A stretch of DNA of 64,000 nt, taken from NCBI GenBank assembly GCA_018062515.1, contig JAGOSC010000002.1, positions 20,807 through 84,806 on the forward strand, written 5' to 3'. The DNA comes from Candidatus Omnitrophota bacterium (GTDB lineage Bacteria; Omnitrophota; Gorgyraeia; Zapsychrales; Zapsychraceae). This document shows, one piece after another, positions 57,679 to 64,000 of this stretch (position 1 is its first letter; the number at the start of each line of letters is the position of its first letter). The notes below the pieces were generated by a model. That model was given only the letters and a program-made list of their open reading frames with translations. It was not told the origin of the DNA and searched no databases. The translations under genes were made by a program, and so were the position numbers.

Positions 57679-57876
57679 TTGAACGAGTACATTTGCCCCC
57701 ATTGCAAAAATCCAATACATGATGAAGAGGCCTTGTCCTGTCATTTTTGCGGAGAAAGTCTGAATCGTGCCGGAAAAGGTTTTATCAGTAATTTACGGTA
57801 CGGTTCAAACCGATTGGGTTGGTATATTTTAGCGGTAATTTTAGCTTTGGCAGTGGTCATGTTATTTATCCGTTAA
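57679..57876 (+). CDS. small zinc-ribbon (CxxC...CxxC) membrane protein
   Basis: CPHCKN...CHFCGE double CxxC and a C-terminal transmembrane helix. TTG start 8 nt after the -10, so the mRNA is effectively leaderless. Confidence 0.4.
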   Translation: MNEYICPHCKNPIHDEEALSCHFCGESLNRAGKGFISNLRYGSNRLGWYILAVILALAVVMLFIR

Positions 57877-57884
57877 GATATTTA

Positions 57885-57958
57885 CGGGGAGTAGCGCAGC
57901 TGGCTAGCGTGCAACGTTCGGGACGTTGAGGTCGCGGGTTCAAATCCCGCCTCCCCGA
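57885..57958 (+). tRNA. tRNA-Pro (anticodon CGG)
   Basis: Manual fold: acceptor CGGGGAG/CUCCCCG, D-stem GCGC/GCGU, anticodon stem CAACG/CGTTG with loop UUCGGGA (U33, anticodon CGG), T-arm GCGGG-TTCAAAT-CCCGC, discriminator A, no encoded CCA. Confidence 0.8.
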
Positions 57959-57986
57959 TTTGATTTTGTACGAGAGGAGTTGATTT

Positions 57987-58913
57987 GTGAAAAATTATTA
58001 CAGAATAATGTTAGGAAGAGGAAGTAGTTATGCTGATGAATGTTATAAGGGTAATTTCATCGGAGCAGATTATGACATTAATGTTGACCTTACATTAAGG
58101 TTGCCAGAGAATTGGCGAGACTTTAATAAAGAGTTTATTCCAATTTTTCTTGAGAACCATCCTGAGAAGACGAAGATCGCCGCTGGGCTTGCATGCGGGA
58201 TGTTACATACCATCTGCAAAGGTATACAAAGGAACGATATTGTTTTGTGTCCCAATGGCTCAGGAGGCTATTACGTCGGTGAGGTTGTTGAGTCATACTC
58301 TTATCATCCTGGTGAAGTTCTCCCTCATAGAAGAGGCGTGCAATGGTATTCCAAATTGATTGATCGTTCCGAAATGTCTCAAGCATTACAAAATTCAACT
58401 GGTTCTATTGGTGCAGTTAGCAAGATTAGCAAATATGATGTTGAAATTGAATCCCTTATTGTTGGAGAGAGCCCAGCTACTCTTATATCAACTGATGAAA
58501 CAGTAGAAGACCCTTCTGTGTTTGGTCTTGAGAAGCATCTTGAAGACTTTCTAGTACATAATTGGAATCAAACAGAGCTAGGGAAGAATTATGATGTTTA
58601 TGAGGAGGATGGGGAACTCGTCGGCCAGCAATACCCGAGCGATACGGGTCCGATTGATATTTTAGCTATTAGTAAAGATAAAAAAGTGTTGTTGGTTGTT
58701 GAACTTAAGAAAGGACGTGCCAGCGATAGTGTTATCGGACAACTTCAACGATATATGGGTTACGTCAAAGAAGAGCTAGCAGAAGTCAATCAAACAGTAA
58801 AAGGTATTATCGTTGCTTTAGAAGATGATGTACGTATTAAGAGAGCCCTTTCAGTTACGAATAATATAGAGTTTTATAGGTATAAGGTAAGTTTCAAATT
58901 ATTCAAGAATTAA
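57987..58913 (+). CDS. PD-(D/E)xK-family nuclease, NucS/EndoMS C-terminal-like (DUF91-like) with unassigned N-terminal domain
   Basis: C-terminal GPIDILAI...VLLVVELKKGRASDSVIGQLQRYMGYV matches the D...E-x-K + QxxxY core of NucS/Mrr-type nucleases. Starts 29 nt after tRNA-Pro. Confidence 0.5.
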   Translation: MKNYYRIMLGRGSSYADECYKGNFIGADYDINVDLTLRLPENWRDFNKEFIPIFLENHPEKTKIAAGLACGMLHTICKGIQRNDIVLCPNGSGGYYVGEVVESYSYHPGEVLPHRRGVQWYSKLIDRSEMSQALQNSTGSIGAVSKISKYDVEIESLIVGESPATLISTDETVEDPSVFGLEKHLEDFLVHNWNQTELGKNYDVYEEDGELVGQQYPSDTGPIDILAISKDKKVLLVVELKKGRASDSVIGQLQRYMGYVKEELAEVNQTVKGIIVALEDDVRIKRALSVTNNIEFYRYKVSFKLFKN

Positions 58914-59050
58914 AAAAACCTGGGATGCGATCTTGTATCGCAAAGAACGATACCCCGCGAACATGATTCTACATGAAAACCAATTTTGCGTTTGGAACCT
59001 CGCTTTTTTAAGCTTCCAAAATGGAAGCTTATAGATGTGGGCTCATCTTC

Positions 59051-59074
59051 AATTGGTGCCCGCCGGCACCAATT
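59051..59074. repeat. perfect 10-bp GC-rich inverted repeat aattggtgcc-cgcc-ggcaccaatt
   Basis: Read directly from the sequence; one of several palindromes in 58926-59100 (also tgcgat/atcgca at 58926-58942 and aagcttcca/tggaagctt at 59010-59030). Confidence 0.6.
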
Positions 59075-59151
59075 CAGATTTCACCCGGCCTCGGGATTTA
59101 AAAAAGTAGCATTTTATTCTTTTTTGTAGTATAAAAATGCTCAGCGCTTAC

Positions 59152-59270
59152 GGGTTTATTGAGTTAATTGAGTTGTTTGAGTTTGTTGAGTTGATTGAGT
59201 AACGCAATCGACCCAACAAACTTTATAACCCAAAGAACCCAAGAAACCCAAAGAACTCAACAAACACAAT
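59152..59270 (+). repeat. two arrays of 9-bp tandem repeats: (nTTGAGTTn)x5 at 59152-59200 and (CCCAARGAA)x3-4 at 59222-59262, with a 12-bp long-range complement (59181-59192 vs 59255-59266)
   Basis: attgagtta attgagttg tttgagttt gttgagttg attgagt; cccaaagaa cccaagaaa cccaaagaa ctcaacaaa. gtttgttgagtt is the exact reverse complement of aactcaacaaac. Confidence 0.65.
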
Positions 59271-59281
59271 AAACCATAACT

Positions 59282-61762
59282 ATGCCCTACGTTATCCACG
59301 AAATTCGAAAATTAGAAGAGAAATGGCAGAAATACTGGAGCGATCACAAAGTATTTGAAGCCAGCTCTGACACATCAAAAAAGAAATACTATGTTTTGGA
59401 AATGTACCCTTATCCGTCGGGAAAACTGCATATGGGGCATGTGCGCAATTACACCATCGGTGATGTATTGGCCCGTTTCCGTCGTATGCAAGGCTATAAT
59501 GTCCTTTATCCGATGGGATTTGATTCCTTCGGGCTTCCCGCGGAAAACGCCGCCATTAAAAATAATGATCATCCCCGTCGTTGGACAGATTTACGCATGA
59601 ACGACATGGTCGAGCAAATGAAAATGCTCGGCATGAGTTACGATTGGTCCAGATTTTTGTACAGTCATGATCCCGATTACTATCGCTGGAATCAATGGAT
59701 TTTTATTCAAATGTATAAACAGGGATTAGTTTATAAAAAGAAATCTTTGGTCAATTGGGATCCTATCGACAATACGGTTTTGGCGAATGAACAAGTCATC
59801 GACGGAAAAGGTTGGCGTTCCGGGGCCGAAGTTGAGAAAAAGGAAATTGAGCAGTGGTTTATCAAGATCACTGCTTTCGCGGAAGAATTATTGGCTGATT
59901 TAGATAAACTTGATCATTGGCCGGAACGGGTCAAGTCTATGCAAAGAAACTGGATTGGTAAAAGTCACGGAACGACGATTCGATTTGATGTTTTAGATGG
60001 GCAAGGTAAAAAGATCGACGAGATAGAGACATTCACGACGAGACCAGACACCGTTTTTGGAATTGAATATTTAGTATTAGCGCCTGAACATCCGAAATGT
60101 AAAGAATGGATCAAGGGACAAAAAAATGAACAAGCTGTCCTGAAATATATCTCCAGCGTCGAGAAATCATCCATGGTGGAACGTATGGGTGAAGATCGGG
60201 AAAAAACCGGAGAGCCTCTTAACGTTTTTGCAAAAAATCCTGTTAATGGTAAAGTTGTTCCTTTATGGACGGCGGATTATGTTCTCATGGATTATGGAAC
60301 CGGCGCGGTCATGGCTGTTCCGGCGCACGATCAACGTGATTTTCTTTTTGCCAAAAAATATAATCTTCCTGTTTCCGTCGTGATTCGTCCGGAAAATGTG
60401 GCTAATTTAAAAGACGGGGATTTAAAAGAGGCTTTTGTCGAATCAGGAGTAATGATTAATTCCATGCAATTCGATGGAATGAGTAGTACGGACGCGATTA
60501 CAAGAATTTCTGAATGGTTAGAACAAAAAGATTTTGGTAAGCGGACGATTACATTCCGTCTTAAGGATTGGCTCATTTCTCGTCAGCGTTATTGGGGTAC
60601 ACCGATCCCGATGTATTATGATGAACAAGGGAAGCCTCATCCTATTCCTGAAGATCAATTGCCCGTTATACTTCCCGACGATATTGAATTCGGAAAAGGC
60701 AATCCTTTGGAGACGTCAGCGTCGTTCAAATTTTATACTGATCCTAAAACTGGAAAGAAATATCGTCGAGAAACGGATACCATGGACACCTTTTTTGATT
60801 CCAGCTGGTATTATATACGCTACACCGACTCACAGAATAAAAATGAACTTTTTAATAAAGAGAAAGCTAATTACTGGTTGCCGGTCGATCAATATATAGG
60901 TGGGATTGAACATGCCATCTTGCATCTTTTGTATTCACGTTTTTTTACTAAATTTTTCAAAAGCATTGGTTTGATTGAAACAGAAGAACCGTTTTATCGT
61001 TTGTTGACGCAAGGCATGGTGCTGTTACACGGAGAGGTTATGTCTAAATCCAAAGGAAATGTCGTCGATCCTGATGCTATCGTCAAGAAATATGGATCGG
61101 ATTCCATGCGTGTATTCATTTTATTCGCGGCGCCGCCGGAAGATCAATTGGAGTGGAATGATAAAGCCATTGAAGGCTCGTGGAAATTCTTAACCCGTAT
61201 ATGGAATCTCGTCGAGAAACGTGTGCAGCCCTCGAATGATCTTTTTAAGAAAAGCGATTTTGACAAAGATGATCAGGATATTTACCGCGAGCTTAATGTC
61301 GCTATCAAAAAAGTTACCGAAGATTTTCAAAGTTATAAATTTAATACCGCGATTAGCAGTTTAATGATTTTGCAGAATAGTCTTGATAAATATCAACCCG
61401 CAGAGGGCCAATTGAATAAACAGGCCTTGTTAAATCACATTGCCCGGACGCTTGTTTTGTTATCAGCGCCGATCGCGCCTCATATGTGCGAAGAATTATG
61501 GGAAAAACTCGGCCAAACAAATTGTGTCGCCCTCACGAGTTGGCCTACCTATGATGAATCGGCTTTAGAACAGGATGAAGTTCAAATCATTGCCCAAATT
61601 AATGGAAAATTAAGAGGACGTTTCCAAGTTGCCTCCAGCATCACCGAAGGGGATTTGAAACAACTTATTTTATCGGATGATAAAATCAAGTCTTTCCTCG
61701 ACGGTAAAGAAGTAAAACGTTTCGTGTATGTTCCAGGCAAATTAGCCAACATCGTTATTTAG
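59282..61762 (+). CDS. leuS: leucyl-tRNA synthetase
   Basis: HMGH (class I HIGH variant) at [13 protein letters not shown], the KMSKS motif VMSKSKGN, 826 aa with editing-domain insert. Confidence 0.9.
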   Translation: MPYVIHEIRKLEEKWQKYWSDHKVFEASSDTSKKKYYVLEMYPYPSGKLHMGHVRNYTIGDVLARFRRMQGYNVLYPMGFDSFGLPAENAAIKNNDHPRRWTDLRMNDMVEQMKMLGMSYDWSRFLYSHDPDYYRWNQWIFIQMYKQGLVYKKKSLVNWDPIDNTVLANEQVIDGKGWRSGAEVEKKEIEQWFIKITAFAEELLADLDKLDHWPERVKSMQRNWIGKSHGTTIRFDVLDGQGKKIDEIETFTTRPDTVFGIEYLVLAPEHPKCKEWIKGQKNEQAVLKYISSVEKSSMVERMGEDREKTGEPLNVFAKNPVNGKVVPLWTADYVLMDYGTGAVMAVPAHDQRDFLFAKKYNLPVSVVIRPENVANLKDGDLKEAFVESGVMINSMQFDGMSSTDAITRISEWLEQKDFGKRTITFRLKDWLISRQRYWGTPIPMYYDEQGKPHPIPEDQLPVILPDDIEFGKGNPLETSASFKFYTDPKTGKKYRRETDTMDTFFDSSWYYIRYTDSQNKNELFNKEKANYWLPVDQYIGGIEHAILHLLYSRFFTKFFKSIGLIETEEPFYRLLTQGMVLLHGEVMSKSKGNVVDPDAIVKKYGSDSMRVFILFAAPPEDQLEWNDKAIEGSWKFLTRIWNLVEKRVQPSNDLFKKSDFDKDDQDIYRELNVAIKKVTEDFQSYKFNTAISSLMILQNSLDKYQPAEGQLNKQALLNHIARTLVLLSAPIAPHMCEELWEKLGQTNCVALTSWPTYDESALEQDEVQIIAQINGKLRGRFQVASSITEGDLKQLILSDDKIKSFLDGKEVKRFVYVPGKLANIVI

Positions 61763-61848
61763 AGCACATTTCATAACCTTCTAAAAAGTTTTTGAAATGT
61801 GCTTCAACCGCTCCCCCGCGCCTCACTCGATTTCCCGTTGGCAGTTAA

Positions 61849-62193
61849 ATGTTTATTCTCACCAAAAATGAAACTATCGTTTTAGCGGTTTTTGCCGTCG
61901 TTATTTGTTTGGGCTCAATATTTCATATGCTCATTAAAAAAGCTCCAGTTCTTACTCATTTCACCAATCAATCAGGCACAGGTCTGGTCCATCATAAAAT
62001 CGATATTAATACCGCTGATAAAGTAGAGCTGGAAAGCGTTCCTTATATTGGTGACTATACAGCGTCGGCCATTTTGGAATATCGTCTGAAAAATGGCGCT
62101 TTTAAGAACCTCGAACAATTAAAAATGATCCGCGGAATTCGGGAAAATAATTTTAAACGGTTCCAGCCGTATTTAAAAGTAGGTGGACCATGA
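61849..62193 (+). CDS. comEA: ComEA-like helix-hairpin-helix DNA-binding protein
   Basis: N-terminal transmembrane segment; HhH repeats DINTADKVELESVPYIG...IRGIRENNFKRFQPYL. Confidence 0.7.
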   Translation: MFILTKNETIVLAVFAVVICLGSIFHMLIKKAPVLTHFTNQSGTGLVHHKIDINTADKVELESVPYIGDYTASAILEYRLKNGAFKNLEQLKMIRGIRENNFKRFQPYLKVGGP

Positions 62194-63815
62194 TAGAAAT
62201 TTTTGAACCATCATCGTCTTCAAGAGGACATGTTCATCGTCCAGCTTTTTGGGTATGTTTAGGTTTAATGATAGGGATTGCCATCGATCCTGCCATTAAA
62301 ATTCCGTTGATTTTTTTGGTGGTATTCGTTTTTCTATCAATACTTTTAAACTGTTTTGTTATTCATAAAAATATATCTGCCGTTTTATGGTTAATCATTT
62401 TTATTATGGTGGGGTCTGTTTATAGACGGAGTTATGAAACTTTTGAACCTAATCATATAAGTCATATTACGTATAGTGAACGGAAGAATCCCGTCGTGAT
62501 AGAAGGAATGGTCGGTTCAGATGTTGAGCCTCGTCCATTTTTTAAGAAGAGAAAAACGGTTTTTACTTTAGAAATAAAGAGAATCAAATCGAAAGGTGAA
62601 TGGAAAGAAAAATCGGGGCTGGTTTTGGTCAATCTTTTCCGTATGGAAAATATTAAATATGGTGATTATTTGCGTTTAGAAGGAAAATTACATAAGCCGT
62701 TTAACTTCTCCAGTGACACCAATTTTTCTTATCGGGATTATCTTTCCCGGCGAGGAATAACATTTATCTTAAGTATCAAAAAAGATGGACGGGTGGAGAT
62801 ACTAAAAAGGCATCAAGGAAATGTTTTAGCTGACGTTTCATTTCGGATCAAACACCGACTTATTTCTATTCTCAAAAGACATTTGCCTAAGATGGAGGCG
62901 GGCATCATGCAGGCTTTTCTCCTCGGCGATCGGTATGACATTCCTAAGGATTTTTATGATTTATGCAAGCTTTCCGGTGTGGCGCACATCATCGCGATAT
63001 CCGGATACAATATTGGCATTGTAACTTTTGTTATTTTTTTGATTTTAAAAATATTTCCCATTTCCCGACGGATACAATATGTCTTAACGATGATTTTATT
63101 GATTTTTTATGCGTTTATGACGGGTGCGCAGCCGCCCGTCGTGCGCGCGACGATCATGGCGATGGTGTTTTTGATGAGCCTGATCATTGAGCGTGAACAA
63201 GACTCCATCAATACATTGTCTTTATCCGCGGTTATTATTTTGTTAATGAATCCGCTTAATTTATTTGATGTCGGATTTCAATTATCATTCATCAGCGTAT
63301 TATTTATTATTGTGTTTTATTCTCGGTTGCTCAATTTGTTTTATAAGTTGTTCCGGTTGGATGAGAACATTGAGAGGAGGGGAATTAGAGAAGCGGTGGT
63401 TAAATATTTTTTGCAATCGATGGCGTTATCGGTTGTGGCGTACATGGGCGTTCTTCCGCTGGTGGTTTATTACTTTCATCTTGTTACGCCTATCGTTTTT
63501 TTAGCTAATCTTTTGATCATACCTTTGTCATCACTGATTATTTTCTTGGGTATAGGCCTTCTCATCGTAGGCATTCTATGTCCTTATATTGCCTTTACGT
63601 TTGCCAACTGTATTACTATTTTGATGAACCTGATGGTGGCGGGTATTGTTTTTTTCACTAAAATTCCCGGCGCGTATTTTGCTGTTTCAAATCTCCCCGT
63701 ATGGAGTGTTTATACTTATTACGGATTGATTTTGGGGGCTTATTTTCTTCTTGATATTAGGCAAAAATTATCCTATCCAAGCATAGGAATTGACAAAAAT
63801 GTGCCGCTGTGCTAA
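62190..63815 (+). CDS. comEC: ComEC/Rec2-family DNA internalisation channel protein (short form without metallo-beta-lactamase domain)
   Basis: DUF4131-like N-terminal OB region plus the polytopic competence domain; stops at 63815, so there is no C-terminal MBL domain. Confidence 0.65.
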   Translation: MIEIFEPSSSSRGHVHRPAFWVCLGLMIGIAIDPAIKIPLIFLVVFVFLSILLNCFVIHKNISAVLWLIIFIMVGSVYRRSYETFEPNHISHITYSERKNPVVIEGMVGSDVEPRPFFKKRKTVFTLEIKRIKSKGEWKEKSGLVLVNLFRMENIKYGDYLRLEGKLHKPFNFSSDTNFSYRDYLSRRGITFILSIKKDGRVEILKRHQGNVLADVSFRIKHRLISILKRHLPKMEAGIMQAFLLGDRYDIPKDFYDLCKLSGVAHIIAISGYNIGIVTFVIFLILKIFPISRRIQYVLTMILLIFYAFMTGAQPPVVRATIMAMVFLMSLIIEREQDSINTLSLSAVIILLMNPLNLFDVGFQLSFISVLFIIVFYSRLLNLFYKLFRLDENIERRGIREAVVKYFLQSMALSVVAYMGVLPLVVYYFHLVTPIVFLANLLIIPLSSLIIFLGIGLLIVGILCPYIAFTFANCITILMNLMVAGIVFFTKIPGAYFAVSNLPVWSVYTYYGLILGAYFLLDIRQKLSYPSIGIDKNVPLC

Positions 63816-63826
63816 ATTTGGCTCTA

Positions 63827-64000
63827 TGTTTCCTTCCTATAAAAGACTATTATTCTTATTAATATTTCTTTTTTCCTACGCTGGCAACACATACGCCTTT
63901 TGGATGTGGACGCCTGAAACGAATCAATGGATCAATCCCAAATTTGCTGTTAAAGACACTCCCAAGGAGCAGTTTGATTTGGCGATGCAAGCCTACGATG
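63827..64000 (+). CDS. 5' end of an exported protein (continues beyond the window)
   Basis: ATG at 63827 with a signal-peptide-like LLFLLIFLFSYAGNTYA; open to the window edge. Confidence 0.3.

Noticed and set aside
57572-57680. TPP riboswitch expected upstream of thiS
   Set aside because: I could not find the conserved CUGAGA and ACCUGAUCUGGAUAAUGCCAGCG elements on the minus strand, so I did not annotate one. A covariance-model search is needed.
59152-59270. Possible CRISPR array suggested by short tandem repeats
   Set aside because: The repeat unit is only 9 bp with no spacers of unique sequence between units, and no cas genes are present. These are simple tandem repeats, not CRISPR.
57959-59281. 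Integrated mobile element at tRNA-Pro with att direct repeat and integrase
   Set aside because: No integrase or recombinase ORF and no copy of the tRNA 3' end (ggttcaaatcccgcctcccc) is visible downstream. Only a weak island hypothesis is kept as a finding.

Overview
The window is AT-rich, gene-dense bacterial chromosome, mostly on the + strand with short gene overlaps typical of operons; the codon usage and frequent TPR and PilZ proteins suggest an uncultured or candidate-phylum lineage. In order it contains: (1) a glycan-modification cassette (partial Gfo/Idh/MocA oxidoreductase, SDR epimerase/dehydratase, DegT aminotransferase, unknown, VOC, FkbH-like HAD-IIIC, acyl carrier protein (ACP), GNAT, GT2, SAM methyltransferase); (2) housekeeping genes (CsaA-like tRNA-binding protein, pabB/pabC, AsnC regulator, aminotransferase, M48 protease, YjbQ, PfkB kinase, era, nnrE, nth); (3) a translationally coupled ATP-grasp (interrupted by a -1 frameshift) + lysine 2,3-aminomutase (KamA, radical SAM) + a short-T-loop P-II protein; (4) rpsU (missed by the ORF track), pfpI, purH, folC, mnmE, and cvpA on the minus strand; (5) the most unusual region, 31.2-37.3 kb: a run of exported cysteine-rich proteins (a tail-fibre-like protein with a C-terminal S74 intramolecular-chaperone domain, a 419-aa CxDGxC-rich protein, a 412-aa protein with an Flp/TadE-type class III leader plus a Cys/Pro-rich body, and three tandem paralogous small Cys-proteins) followed by two single-domain PilZ proteins; (6) a LacI-controlled carbohydrate locus (large glycosidase/phosphorylase-like enzyme, sugar ABC transporter, a clan GH-A glycosidase whose N-terminal ~130-aa domain recurs twice in the next secreted protein); (7) mnmG, cysK, a thiS-x-thiG-thiH-thiF operon on the minus strand, tRNA-Pro(CGG) followed immediately by a NucS-like PD-(D/E)xK nuclease, a hairpin- and repeat-rich leader upstream of leuS, then comEA/comEC. 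No CRISPR array, rRNA, integrase or transposase is visible. Function calls rest on motifs I can read directly; family names are from memory, not searches.
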